From the NCBI GenBank assembly GCA_040879645.1, contig JBBDJY010000016.1, positions 11,064-75,063 of the forward strand: DNA of 64,000 bases, written 5' to 3'. Positions 53,869 to 64,000 of this stretch are shown here, in pieces (position 1 is the first letter of the stretch; each line of letters opens with the position of its first letter). The DNA comes from Minisyncoccota bacterium. Lineage in GTDB: Bacteria; Patescibacteriota; Minisyncoccia; Phycocordibacterales; XYD1-FULL-46-19. The notes below the pieces were generated by a model. That model saw only the letters and a program-made list of their open reading frames with translations. It was not told the origin of the DNA and did not search any database. Position numbers and translations under genes: made by a program.

Positions 53869-54501
53869 ATGAAAAAGTTAGTGATTTTTGCCCTGACTTT
53901 GATGTTCGCCTGTGGCGAAGCCCAGGCCACCGAATTCTCGATCAATGATCAAGGAGAAGTGAGGCAAGAGGAAGAAGGGTGGCGTCCGTTGACCGAGCTG
54001 GAGCAGGAAGCGGTCAACAACCCCGGTACGGAAGTGCCAATGACTGCTGTGGGGATGATTGAGTATCGTCGAGACAGTCTCTGGTATTTTTCTTCGATTG
54101 TAAACTACCAACAAGTCTTGATCTATGAGGCCGGCCGGTTGCAGATTAGGTATCAGACCGGAACGGTCGAGACCAGGCATTTCGGGAGGCATTTGGTGTT
54201 GGCTTTGGTCGCCATCTTTATGGTGATGGCAGGAAACGTGTGGAGAATAAAAAAGGAAGAAGATTTTCACATCTTCCCCATCCTCGGCGCTATCTTCGTC
54301 ACCTTCTCTACCTTTCTTCTCGCCTCAATTGACGCTGGCACACCGAGCGGTCTTCTCTGCCTTTTCGCCTTCGCCGCAATCGTCGTTTCTTTTTTTAGCG
54401 TCGTTCTCGCTGGAGATGAGAAAACGAACAGAGCCTTTTACTGGTCGGCTTCGGGGGTTTTCTACTTCATGCTGGTAATGGTCATTTTTGCCGTCTGGTA
54501 A
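53869..54501 (+). CDS. Secreted-domain plus 4-TM membrane protein (intact paralog of 51820-52455)
   Basis: Signal peptide; shared 23-aa stretch EGWRPLTExEQEAVNNPGTEVP with an about 70-nt near-identical patch; C-terminal TM bundle ending in W. Confidence 0.65.
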   Translation: MKKLVIFALTLMFACGEAQATEFSINDQGEVRQEEEGWRPLTELEQEAVNNPGTEVPMTAVGMIEYRRDSLWYFSSIVNYQQVLIYEAGRLQIRYQTGTVETRHFGRHLVLALVAIFMVMAGNVWRIKKEEDFHIFPILGAIFVTFSTFLLASIDAGTPSGLLCLFAFAAIVVSFFSVVLAGDEKTNRAFYWSASGVFYFMLVMVIFAVW

Positions 54502-54523
54502 TGGCCGTGTTGAGAATTTTTTG

Positions 54524-54603
54524 CCCCGTGATTTCCTTTTGGAAACCACGGGCTTTTTGTTTGTCTGTTTGAGCCGGAATTTGTCAAGGTGACACCTTGA
54601 CAA
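54524..54603. promoter_or_regulatory. Conserved intergenic module copy 3: terminator hairpin + GGCTTTTTGTTTGT.. + full palindrome TTGTCAAGGTGACACCTTGACAA (54581-54603)
   Basis: Direct reading. Confidence 0.6.
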
Positions 54604-54807
54604 ATTGGATGGGGTGGACGAGTGCAAAAATTTGACAAATATTCGTCCTTACGCTACACTGGTTCCACAACGGCAAGATTGAGTTATGGTTGGGCCGGTT
54701 TAAGTATCTTGCTAAATCTCTCCATTTGATTTGCGACACGCCTTCAATCTCAATTGAAGGGGACAATTTTTGTTTTTATTATCGGCGATTTTAATAATTC
54801 AATTATT

Positions 54808-57800
54808 ATGCAACAAAAATATTTTTCTCGAGCCAAACCGGCCTTGGCCGAAATTCCTAACTTGGTTGAGGTCCAGCTCAAATCTTATCAGTGGCTGGTG
54901 ACCGAAGGCCTGAAGGATGTCTTTGAGGAGTTTTCGCCGATTAAAGATTACTCGGAGAAAAAATTTGAATTAAGTTTTACTCATTTTGAATTAGACAAGC
55001 CGAAATTTAGCGAATACCACGCCAAAGCCAATAAATTGTCTTATGATGCCCCGTTGCGTATTCGGGTTAAATTAAAGAATAAGACTTTGGGTCAGGAAAA
55101 AGAGCAAGAAATCTTCTTGGCTGATTTTCCGGTGATGACTGCCCATGGTACTTTTATCGTCAATGGTATTGAGCGAGTGGTGGTGCCGCAATTATCTCGC
55201 AGTTCCGGCGTTATTTTTTCGGCTAATACTTTGCGGGGCCGGAAACGTTTTGGCGCCAAGATTATTCCCGGTCGGGGTGCTTGGGTGGAAATTGAAACCG
55301 AAGCTGATGGAGCGATTTATGTTCGCATTGACCGCAAGCGTAAGTTTCCAGTAACTTCCCTGTTGCGGATTTTTGCCGATATTGAGGGCCGGGCGACTGG
55401 CGACAAGGAGCTTTTGGCCGTTTTTGACAAGAAAAAGATTGATCTCGGTTATGTTGAACGGTCGTTGGAAAAAGATCACGCCAAAACGGCGGAGGAATCT
55501 TATGTCGAAATCTACAAACGCCTGCGAGATGCCGATTTGGCGACGGCCGCCAATTCCCGGGAGTTTTTAACCACTTTATTCAGCCGGGAAAAATATGATT
55601 TCTCGGTGGTTGGCCGGTTGCGTTTCAATGAGCGTTTTGGCAAGCCGGTTGGCGAGAAAATCCGCGAAGACCGGGTAATTACTTTTGATGACTTGGTGAC
55701 GATTGTGACTCATATTATTATACTAAACGACACTAAGGATGCCAAAGAAGATGATATTGACCACTTGGGTTTCAGGCGAGTGCGAGTGGTTGGCGAAATG
55801 TTGCAACAAAAATTGAAAGTCGGCATGACGCAAATGAAGCGAAACATCCAAGACCGGATGTCGACGGTTGATTCGACGACGATGTTACCGATTCAAATTA
55901 TTTCTCCCCGTCCGCTTCAAGCTCGACTGAAAGAATTTTTCACTACCAATCAACTGTCGCAATTTATGAACCAGGATAACTTTCTCCATGAAGTTGAACA
56001 CTTGCGGACGCTTTCGGCTCTCGGTCCCGGTGGTTTGACTCGCGAGCGAGCCGGTCTGGATGTCCGTGATGTCCACACTTCCCACTATGGCCGGGTTTGT
56101 CCGATTCATACACCTGAAGGACCAAATATCGGTTTGATTTTGCGTTTGGCCACTTACGCTCGCTTAAATGAATTTGGCATTATTGAGGCGCCGTATCGGA
56201 AGGTCAAGAACGGCAAAATTACCGAAGAACTGGTTTATTTAAACGCGCTGGAAGAAGAAAAATACAATATTGCTCATGCCGGTGTCGCTTATGACGAGGC
56301 CGGCCGATTATTGGATGAGATGGTGGAGGTACGCAAAGCCGGCCGACCGACTTTGGCTGAAGTGGCCAAGGTTGATTTTATCGATGTCGCGACCAATCAA
56401 GCCTATTCGATTGCCACCTCAATGATTCCGTTTTTGGAACACAATGATGCCAACCGCGCTTTAATGGGTTCCAATATGCAGAAGCAATCGGTACCTTGTG
56501 TTAAACCGGAAGCGCCCTTGGTGGCGACCGGGATTGAAGAAAAAGCTGCCCGTGATTCTGGCCGGTTGGTTTACGCTTTACGAGCCGGCACGGTGGCTTA
56601 TGCCGACGGCAAAAAGATTTTAATTGACGCCGGCGAAAAGAAATTTGACGAATACCTATTGATTAATTATTCCAAAACCAATGACAGCACGATTTTTCAT
56701 CAGCGGCCGGTCGTTCGGCCGGGGGATAAGGTTAAAAAAAGTCAACTTTTGGCCGACGCTTCTTCCAGTGTTGACGGACAAATGTCGGTTGGTCAAAACG
56801 CCCTGGTTTGCTTTATGTCTTGGTATGGCAGTAATTACGAAGACGCGATTATTATTTCCGAACGGTTGGTTAAGGAGAATAAATTCTCGAGTATTTACAT
56901 TGAAGAATTTACCGTTAATGTCCGGGATACCAAGTTGGGGCCGGAAGTGACCACTCATGACATCCCCAATGTCGGCGAGGTTAAATTAAAAAACTTGGAC
57001 GAAGAAGGGATTATCCGGGTCGGAGCCGAAGTTAGTCCCGGTGATATTTTAGTCGGGAAAATCACACCGAAAGGCGAAACCGAATTAACGCCGGAAGAAC
57101 GCTTATTGCGCTCAATTTTCGGCGAAAAGGCTCGGGATGTTAAGGATTCTTCCTTACGAGTGCCTCATGGCAAACGGGGACGAGTCATTGGTGTTAAAGT
57201 CTTTTCCCGCGAACAAGGTGACAAATTGGAATCAGGGATTATTAAGCGTATTTATGTTCAAGTGGCGCAAATGCGTAATGTTTCGGTTGGTGACAAGTTG
57301 GCCGGCCGGCACGGTAATAAGGGGGTTATTTCCCGGGTCTTACCGGAAGAGGATATGCCTTATTTGGCCGATGGTACGCCGGTGGATGTTATCCTAACGC
57401 CTCTAGGTGTGCCATCCCGGATGAATTTGGGCCAGATTTTTGAAATGCACTTGGGCCTGGCCGCCCACACTCTCGGTTATCAGGCAATTAGTCCGGTCTT
57501 TATGGGAGTAACCGCTGATGAGGTCAAGGGTGAATTGGTCAAAGCCGGTTACGATCAATCCGGCAAGGTCAAATTATATGACGGTTATACCGGTGAAGCC
57601 TTTAATCAGGATATTGCTATCGGTTATATGTATATTCTGAAATTGGCCCACATGGTTGAAGACAAAATCCATATGCGTTCGATTGGGCCGTATTCGCTTA
57701 TTACCCAGCAACCGCTCGGCGGTCGCAGTCAAGGTGGCGGTCAGCGTTTTGGCGAAATGGAAGTTTGGGCTTTGGAAGGTTACGGTGCCGCTTATGCTTT

Positions 57801-57978
57801 GCGCGAAATGTTGACGATTAAATCCGATGACATTGTCGGCCGGTCGCAAACCTTTGATTCGATTGTTAAGGGCGAGTCGATTAAACCGCCAAATATTCCG
57901 GCGTCTTTCAATGTCATGCTAAACGAATTGCGAGGCTTGGCTTTGGATGTCGAATTGAAACTTATTGAAGATAAATAA
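54808..57978 (+). CDS. rpoB: DNA-directed RNA polymerase subunit beta
   Basis: Conserved RpoB motifs throughout; ORF from 54754, likely ATG 54808. Confidence 0.95.
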   Translation: MQQKYFSRAKPALAEIPNLVEVQLKSYQWLVTEGLKDVFEEFSPIKDYSEKKFELSFTHFELDKPKFSEYHAKANKLSYDAPLRIRVKLKNKTLGQEKEQEIFLADFPVMTAHGTFIVNGIERVVVPQLSRSSGVIFSANTLRGRKRFGAKIIPGRGAWVEIETEADGAIYVRIDRKRKFPVTSLLRIFADIEGRATGDKELLAVFDKKKIDLGYVERSLEKDHAKTAEESYVEIYKRLRDADLATAANSREFLTTLFSREKYDFSVVGRLRFNERFGKPVGEKIREDRVITFDDLVTIVTHIIILNDTKDAKEDDIDHLGFRRVRVVGEMLQQKLKVGMTQMKRNIQDRMSTVDSTTMLPIQIISPRPLQARLKEFFTTNQLSQFMNQDNFLHEVEHLRTLSALGPGGLTRERAGLDVRDVHTSHYGRVCPIHTPEGPNIGLILRLATYARLNEFGIIEAPYRKVKNGKITEELVYLNALEEEKYNIAHAGVAYDEAGRLLDEMVEVRKAGRPTLAEVAKVDFIDVATNQAYSIATSMIPFLEHNDANRALMGSNMQKQSVPCVKPEAPLVATGIEEKAARDSGRLVYALRAGTVAYADGKKILIDAGEKKFDEYLLINYSKTNDSTIFHQRPVVRPGDKVKKSQLLADASSSVDGQMSVGQNALVCFMSWYGSNYEDAIIISERLVKENKFSSIYIEEFTVNVRDTKLGPEVTTHDIPNVGEVKLKNLDEEGIIRVGAEVSPGDILVGKITPKGETELTPEERLLRSIFGEKARDVKDSSLRVPHGKRGRVIGVKVFSREQGDKLESGIIKRIYVQVAQMRNVSVGDKLAGRHGNKGVISRVLPEEDMPYLADGTPVDVILTPLGVPSRMNLGQIFEMHLGLAAHTLGYQAISPVFMGVTADEVKGELVKAGYDQSGKVKLYDGYTGEAFNQDIAIGYMYILKLAHMVEDKIHMRSIGPYSLITQQPLGGRSQGGGQRFGEMEVWALEGYGAAYALREMLTIKSDDIVGRSQTFDSIVKGESIKPPNIPASFNVMLNELRGLALDVELKLIEDK

Positions 57979-57984
57979 AATATT

Positions 57985-60900
57985 ATGATAGAAAATAAGA
58001 AACAACCAATCGACAACTTCAATGCCATCTCGCTACGCTTGGCTTCGCCGGAAGCGATTCTCGCCTGGTCTTATGGCGAAGTAACCAAACCGGAAACCAT
58101 TAATTACCGTTCCGGTCGGAGCGAACGGGGCGGTTTATTTGATGAAAGGATTTTTGGTCCGGAAAAAGACTATGAATGTTATTGCGGTAAGTATAAGCGA
58201 ATCCGTTACCGCGATATTGTCTGTGAAAAATGCGGGGTGGAAGTTACCCGTTCGATTGTTCGGCGTGAACGGATGGGCCATATTCAGTTGGCTACGCCGG
58301 TCGCCCATATCTGGTTTATGCGCAGTATTCCCAGTCGAATCAGCTTGGCGCTTAATCTTTCGGCCAGCGATTTAGAAAAAGTCATTTATTTTGCCGGCTA
58401 TATTATTACCAAAGTCAATGAAGACGAGCGCCAATCGATGCTCAAACAATTGGATGGTGAGTATAAATCCAAAGTCAAAGAATTAAAGACGGCGGCCGAA
58501 AAAGACCGGCTTAAAGAATCTCTCTTGGAGGCCAAGCGTAGTTTAACCGCTCTTAAACCATGGAAAGTGTTGGACGAGATTACCTATCATCGCTTGTCGC
58601 TTAAGTACGGGACGGTATTTGAGGCCGGTATCGGGGCGGAAGCCATTTATGAAATTTTTAAGGGCATTGATTTTGATCGGCTGATTGGCGAATTAACGGC
58701 CGAATTGGGTTCGGCCGGCGCCGCCGAGCGAGCCAAGATTCAACGGCGTTACAACCTTTTCAAAACGATGAAAAAATCAGGCATCCGACCGGAGTGGATG
58801 TTTTTGTCGGTCATTCCGGTCATTCCGCCGGCCCTGCGGCCGATGGTGGCTTTGGATGGTGGTCGGCATGCCACTTCTGATGTTAATGATCTCTATCGGC
58901 GGGTGATTAATCGCAATAACCGTTTGCGCAAATTACTTGATCTGAACGCTCCCGATGTTATTTTGCGAAATGAAAAACGCATTCTCCAAGAAGCGGTTGA
59001 CGCTTTGATTGATAATTCCATCAGACAAAATTCCGGCGAAGGAGTGATGAATCAATCACAACGACGACCGCTTAAATCCTTGGCCGATAATTTGCGTGGT
59101 AAGCAGGGTCGTTTCCGTCAGAATTTACTCGGTAAGCGTGTTGATTATTCCGGTCGGAGCGTCATTGTTATCGGTCCGGAATTAAAATTGGATCAATGTG
59201 GTCTGCCCAAGCATATGGCTTTGGAACTTTTTAAGCCGTTTGTTATTGCTAAAATTTTGGAAGAAGAATTGGCTTTCAATATTCGCGGAGCTGGTCGGCT
59301 GATTGATGAAGGAATTTCCGAAGTTTGGGCCATTCTGGAAGAGGTTATTCATAATAAATATGTCTTTCTTAATCGGGCGCCGACTTTGCACCGTTTGGGC
59401 ATTCAAGCTTTCAAGCCGGTGTTGATTGAAGGTCATGCCATTCAGATTCATCCACTGATCTGTGGCGCTTTTAACGCCGACTTTGATGGCGACCAAATGG
59501 CCGTCCATGTGCCATTGTCGGAGGCCGCCCAAAAAGAAGCTCGAGAAATTATTGCCGCTAATCACAATATTTTAGCACCGGGGTCCGGTGATCCGGTGAT
59601 CAATCTGAAATTGGATATGGTTCTCGGTTGTTATTGGGTAACCAAAATGCTTGATGGGGCCAAAGGCGAAGGTAATGTTTTCGGCCGGCGCAATCATGCC
59701 ATTATGTCTCGGGATTTTGATCAAACCGATTTGCGGGCTAAGATTAAACTACTGGGTGGTAGTCAGGAAAAGTACGGCGAATTATCCGGGCAGTTGTTTG
59801 AGACAACTGTTGGTCGGATTCTCTTTAACAACACTTTGCCCAAGGATTTTCCTTTTTTGAATAAGGAAATTACCGGTAAAGAAATGAATCGTCTGGTTGA
59901 GCAACTAATCACTGTTTATGGGGCTGAAGCCTTGCCACCGATTTTGGACAAGATTAAATCTTTCGGTTTCAAATATGCCACTTATTCCGGCATCACTTGG
60001 GGTTTGGATGATGTTGTCGTTCCCGCCGGCAAGCAAGCGATTATTCAAGTTGGTTTTGACGAGGTAAAAAATATCAATGACAAATTTGCCGAAGGGTTAT
60101 TATCGGAAGAGGAGCGTTATCGCTTGACGATTGAGACTTGGACCAAGGTCAAGACGAAAATTGAAGAAACCATTCCCGGAACTTTGATTCCCAATGGCTC
60201 GGTGGCTGATATGCTTAACTCCAATGCCCGAGGTTCAACTCAGCAGGTGGCGCAAATGTCCGGGATGAAGGGCTTAATCGTCAATCCGGCCGGACGACAG
60301 ATTGATTTTCCGATTATTCCGTCTTATAAGGAAGGTTTATCACCGCTTGAATATTTCGTTACCACCCACGGTTCGCGTAAAGGTTTGGCTGACACCGCTT
60401 TGAATACCGCTAAAGCCGGTTACTTGACGCGAAAATTGGTTGATGTCTCGCAAGATGTGGTGATTACCGAAGCTGATTGTGGCGATCAAGACGGTAAAAT
60501 TATCAATGAAAGTCATATTCTCGGTTTTGATGAAGGTTTGGCTAATAATATCAAAGGCCGAATTATTTTATCCGATATTACCGACGATACCGGTCGAGTT
60601 ATTTTCCCCAAGGGTCATCTCTTGTCTAAGGCCGATGCCTTGGAAGTTGATCGTCTGGGGATTAAGGAAGTCCATTTGCGGACACCAATGACTTGCCGGT
60701 CATTGCGGGGTTTGTGTCAAGAATGCTATGGTGCCGATCCCGGTCGTGGTCGTTTGGTTAAAATCGGCGAACCGGTGGGGATTGTTGCCGCTCAGGCGAT
60801 CGGCGAACCGGGGACGCAGTTGACGATGAGGACTAAGCATGCCGGCGGTGTCGGTTCAAGTGGCGGCGATATTGTCGGCGGTTTACCGCGAGTGGAAGAA

Positions 60901-61632
60901 ATTTTTGAACGGCGCAGTCCAAAATCCAGCGCCATTATTTGCGAATATGACGGCCAAGTAACCGAAATTAAAATCGAAGGTAGCGAATATTTTCTGACGG
61001 TGTTGATTGACCCGGCGGCGCGCAAAAAGGGGTCAAAAAAAGAAACGGTCGAATACAAAGCGCCGACTTTCCGAACGCTTAAAGTTAAAAACGGTGAAGT
61101 GGTTAAGAAAGGTCAAGTTTTGACTGACGGTTCAATTGACTTGGTTAATTACTTTAAATTGGCCGGCCGACGGCTGGTGGAAGATTACATTATCAAAGAG
61201 GTTAATGCCATTTACGAATTACAAGGGGTTTCCATTTCTCGCAAACATATTGAAATCATTATCCGTCAGATGTTTTCCCGTCGCCGGATTAAAGACCCGG
61301 GCGAGACTAAATTCAACGTTAATGCCATTGTTGACCTGTCCGAATTAACTGAAGAAAACAAACGAGTTAAACAAGCCGGCGGTAAGGAAGCCGAAGTCAC
61401 CGTTGCTCTCTTTGGTATTTCGGAAGTGGCTTTAACCACCAGTAGTTTCTTGTCGGCGGTTTCTTTCCAACATTCCACTCGAGTGTTGATTGAGACGGCG
61501 ATTAAGGGTGGGGTGGATAAATTACGGGGCTTGAAAGAAAATGTCATCATTGGCCGCTTGATTCCGGCCGGTACCGGTTTGGCCGCTAAAAACGAAACCG
61601 TTATTACCGAGTCTCAAACCGAGACGGAATAA
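57985..61632 (+). CDS. rpoC: DNA-directed RNA polymerase subunit beta'
   Basis: Zinc-binding CxxC..CxxC, NADFDGD catalytic motif, conserved C-terminal regions. Confidence 0.95.
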   Translation: MIENKKQPIDNFNAISLRLASPEAILAWSYGEVTKPETINYRSGRSERGGLFDERIFGPEKDYECYCGKYKRIRYRDIVCEKCGVEVTRSIVRRERMGHIQLATPVAHIWFMRSIPSRISLALNLSASDLEKVIYFAGYIITKVNEDERQSMLKQLDGEYKSKVKELKTAAEKDRLKESLLEAKRSLTALKPWKVLDEITYHRLSLKYGTVFEAGIGAEAIYEIFKGIDFDRLIGELTAELGSAGAAERAKIQRRYNLFKTMKKSGIRPEWMFLSVIPVIPPALRPMVALDGGRHATSDVNDLYRRVINRNNRLRKLLDLNAPDVILRNEKRILQEAVDALIDNSIRQNSGEGVMNQSQRRPLKSLADNLRGKQGRFRQNLLGKRVDYSGRSVIVIGPELKLDQCGLPKHMALELFKPFVIAKILEEELAFNIRGAGRLIDEGISEVWAILEEVIHNKYVFLNRAPTLHRLGIQAFKPVLIEGHAIQIHPLICGAFNADFDGDQMAVHVPLSEAAQKEAREIIAANHNILAPGSGDPVINLKLDMVLGCYWVTKMLDGAKGEGNVFGRRNHAIMSRDFDQTDLRAKIKLLGGSQEKYGELSGQLFETTVGRILFNNTLPKDFPFLNKEITGKEMNRLVEQLITVYGAEALPPILDKIKSFGFKYATYSGITWGLDDVVVPAGKQAIIQVGFDEVKNINDKFAEGLLSEEERYRLTIETWTKVKTKIEETIPGTLIPNGSVADMLNSNARGSTQQVAQMSGMKGLIVNPAGRQIDFPIIPSYKEGLSPLEYFVTTHGSRKGLADTALNTAKAGYLTRKLVDVSQDVVITEADCGDQDGKIINESHILGFDEGLANNIKGRIILSDITDDTGRVIFPKGHLLSKADALEVDRLGIKEVHLRTPMTCRSLRGLCQECYGADPGRGRLVKIGEPVGIVAAQAIGEPGTQLTMRTKHAGGVGSSGGDIVGGLPRVEEIFERRSPKSSAIICEYDGQVTEIKIEGSEYFLTVLIDPAARKKGSKKETVEYKAPTFRTLKVKNGEVVKKGQVLTDGSIDLVNYFKLAGRRLVEDYIIKEVNAIYELQGVSISRKHIEIIIRQMFSRRRIKDPGETKFNVNAIVDLSELTEENKRVKQAGGKEAEVTVALFGISEVALTTSSFLSAVSFQHSTRVLIETAIKGGVDKLRGLKENVIIGRLIPAGTGLAAKNETVITESQTETE

Positions 61633-61699
61633 TTCGCTTGGCGCCGGTGGTTATCGGGAGGGATTCCTCGTTGTTTGTTAACAATAAAGCGAATCGCTT

Positions 61700-63424
61700 A
61701 TGTCCACGCCCGTCGAACAAATCAAAGACCGCTTGAATATCGTCGATTTTATCGCCGGTTATCTTAAGTTGGAAAAAACGGGGATTAATTACAAAGGACG
61801 CTGTCCTTTTCATAATGAAAAAACCCCGTCCTTTTTTGTGTCGCCGTCCCGTCAAACTTATCATTGTTTTGGTTGTCATCGAGGCGGTGATATTTTTTCT
61901 TTTTTGCAGGAGATTGAGGGTTTGGACTTCCCTGAGGCCCTAAATCGTTTGGCTGAACAAGCCGGTGTGACTGTCAAAAAAATCAATCCGCGCGAAGTAA
62001 ATGAAAAAGAAAAAATCTTCAAAATTTTGGCGGTCGCCACCGAATACTTTATTACCGCTTTAGATCGCCATCAACCGGCCCGGGATTATCTACTTGGTCG
62101 GGGTTTGTCAACTGAGACGATTAAAATTTGGCGTCTCGGTTTTGCTCCCGCCGGTTGGCAAAACCTGACCGAGCATCTGAAAGCCAAAGGTTTTTCGGCG
62201 GCCGAATTGGTTCAGGCCGGTCTGGCTTTAACTTCCCAGCCGAATGCCAATAACCCTCACGGCCGGCTCTATGATCGTTTTCGTCACCGCTTGATTTTCC
62301 CCTTGGCTGATGGCCAAGGGCGCATAGTCGGTTTTTCCGGTCGGATTTTTGATTCGCCGGCCACTCAGCCGGTGGAAGAAGCCAAATACATTAACTCGCC
62401 GGCGACTTTGGTTTATGACAAATCTCGGATTTTATACGGTTTTGATCGCGCCAAGGATGCTTTGCGTCGGAGCGGGACCGCCATTTTGGTTGAAGGTCAA
62501 ATGGATTTATTGTTATCGCATCAAGTCGGATTGACTAATACCGTCGCCACTTCCGGCACCGCTTTATCCCAAGGTCATTTGGAAATTATTAGTCGGTTGG
62601 CTCATAAATTGATTATGGCTTTTGATGCCGATCCGGCCGGTGAAGCGGCGGCGCGCAAGGCGGTGGATCTGGCTTTGGGGCAAGGTCTGGAGGTTAATAT
62701 CGCCCGATTACCGGCGGGGGCCGATCCGGCCGATTTAATTCTCAAAGACCCGGCTAAGTGGCAACAGGAGATTCAAGCGTCAAAACATGTTGTTGATTTT
62801 TACCTTGCTTCCTTAATGGCTCGGGAGAAAGATCGGCGCCTGCTCGGCCGGGCGATTCGGCAAGAAGTTTATCCCTATATCAAGCAATTAGCTTATCACA
62901 TTGACCGAGCTCACTTTATCGCCAAAATCGCCGATATGCTTAATTTGCCGGAAACGGAAATTTGGAGCGATTATCATGAAGCGTCATCACCGACCCCGTC
63001 ATCACCACCCCCGGCCGAACCGGCCCCGACGCGTGACCGGTCAAGTAAAATTATTGAACGATTATTTGGCTTGATTTGGCTTTGGTCCGAACAAGCCAAA
63101 AAATCACCGGCAGTCTATTTGGAAAAATTTAAAAAAATGTTTACCGCCGAGAATTGGGAACAAGAAAAAACCGCCCATGAAAGTCGTCGGGAACAAATCA
63201 TCATGCCGCTGGAAATGGAATACACCGACAGTTCGGCCGGTCGGCTGGCTGACGAGATAGATATTTTACTGACTGAATTGGCGATTGAATCATTAAAGGC
63301 CGACTTGGTCCAAACCAGGCAAGCCTTGGCTCAAGCGGAAAAAGCCGGCCGGGACGATGACCTGGACAAGCTTGTTAAAAAATGCCAAACTATCACCCAA
63401 AACATTAATAAATTAAAATCTTAA
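61700..63424 (+). CDS. dnaG: DNA primase
   Basis: Zinc-ribbon CPFHNEKTPSF; Toprim domain (EGQMD..D.D); conserved dnaG-rpoD arrangement. Confidence 0.9.
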   Translation: MSTPVEQIKDRLNIVDFIAGYLKLEKTGINYKGRCPFHNEKTPSFFVSPSRQTYHCFGCHRGGDIFSFLQEIEGLDFPEALNRLAEQAGVTVKKINPREVNEKEKIFKILAVATEYFITALDRHQPARDYLLGRGLSTETIKIWRLGFAPAGWQNLTEHLKAKGFSAAELVQAGLALTSQPNANNPHGRLYDRFRHRLIFPLADGQGRIVGFSGRIFDSPATQPVEEAKYINSPATLVYDKSRILYGFDRAKDALRRSGTAILVEGQMDLLLSHQVGLTNTVATSGTALSQGHLEIISRLAHKLIMAFDADPAGEAAARKAVDLALGQGLEVNIARLPAGADPADLILKDPAKWQQEIQASKHVVDFYLASLMAREKDRRLLGRAIRQEVYPYIKQLAYHIDRAHFIAKIADMLNLPETEIWSDYHEASSPTPSSPPPAEPAPTRDRSSKIIERLFGLIWLWSEQAKKSPAVYLEKFKKMFTAENWEQEKTAHESRREQIIMPLEMEYTDSSAGRLADEIDILLTELAIESLKADLVQTRQALAQAEKAGRDDDLDKLVKKCQTITQNINKLKS

Positions 63425-63428
63425 TTTT

Positions 63429-64000
63429 ATGCCCAATCCCAAAGCCAAAGTCAAGAAAAAAAGCTCTGCCAAAGTCAAAAAGGCCAAAGTCGCCGGCAAG
63501 CGTCCGGCGGCCAAAAAAGTTTCAACCAAGAGGCGAGCCGGTAAAAAACCGGCTAAAAAGCCGACCAAGCGAGCCGTTCGCCCGACGGTTAAAAAGGTAG
63601 TGGTTAAAAAACCGAAAAAAAGTGTGGCGAAAAAAACTCGTCCGGTTAAAAAGAAGGTGGCGACTAATCCCAAAGCCAAAGTCAAGGAAAGGCCGGTCGG
63701 TCGGCGAAGTAAATCCGTCACCGGGGTAAAATTGAATAAACAGGAAGTTGAGCACCGAGTCCAACTTTTGATTCAAAAAGGACGCCAGCGCGGGTTTATC
63801 ACTTTTAGTGAATTATTGAAAGAATTTCCGGCGATTGAAAACGACATCATCTTTTTGGAAGACCTCTATGCTCAATTTGAAGAAGCCGGTATTGATGTTT
63901 TGGAAGAAGGTGGTTTATTGGATGACGACAGCGAAAATGATATTTTCAGTAAGTTAAAGGCCAGTAAACACAGCGACCAGCGTCTGGATTCGGTTCAAAT
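63429..64000 (+). CDS. rpoD: RNA polymerase sigma-70 factor RpoD, 5' partial, with Lys/Ala/Pro-rich N-terminal extension
   Basis: Region 1.2-like segment VQLLIQKGRQRGFITFSELLKEF; position after dnaG; runs off the window end. Confidence 0.8.
   Translation, partial: MPNPKAKVKKKSSAKVKKAKVAGKRPAAKKVSTKRRAGKKPAKKPTKRAVRPTVKKVVVKKPKKSVAKKTRPVKKKVATNPKAKVKERPVGRRSKSVTGVKLNKQEVEHRVQLLIQKGRQRGFITFSELLKEFPAIENDIIFLEDLYAQFEEAGIDVLEEGGLLDDDSENDIFSKLKASKHSDQRLDSVQ

Overview
The window is a gene-dense, almost entirely plus-strand stretch of housekeeping genes from a small-genome bacterium. Split transketolase, short EF-Ts, a 741-aa SMC and an N-truncated PheS are consistent with a Patescibacteria/CPR-like or other reduced Gram-positive-type genome; this is inference only. 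Core genes seen (ordered as in the feature list): murB, gatB, gap, rpiB, rpe, tkt N/C, PfkB kinase, fba, an FAD-linked oxidase, rplY, a coiled-coil lytic transglycosylase, rpmE, prfA, rpsB, tsf, tRNA-Thr, pheS, pheT, gyrB (with intein), thrS, dnaE, rnhB, rpmF, a nusB-Nudix fusion, rnc, smc, rnr, rpsP, a KH protein, trmD, rpoB, rpoC, dnaG and the 5' end of rpoD. The interesting content lies between and inside these genes:

1. A family of about 40-bp GC-rich palindromic elements, present intergenically and inserted in frame into gatB and pheS.
2. Two REP-associated tyrosine transposase (RAYT) genes, each flanked by its own palindrome type, plus a dispersed REP family.
3. A recurring 23-bp palindrome, TTGTCAAGGTGWCACCTTGACAA, with an extended roughly 70-bp module.
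4. A tRNA-Thr followed by tandem pseudo-att repeats and a RhuM-Fic/Doc islet.
5. A 161-aa mini-intein in gyrB.
6. An accessory block at 49-54.6 kb holding a prepilin-like beta-helix giant protein, a tpiA 5' remnant, a paralogous secreted/membrane protein pair (one copy interrupted by a single in-frame TAA) and a Panacea-type toxin-antitoxin pair.
7. Further accessory and surface genes: a RelE/ParE toxin-antitoxin islet, three large surface proteins (repeat, PASTA and PKD types) and several AT-rich islets with hypothetical genes.

No rRNA genes or CRISPR arrays were found.
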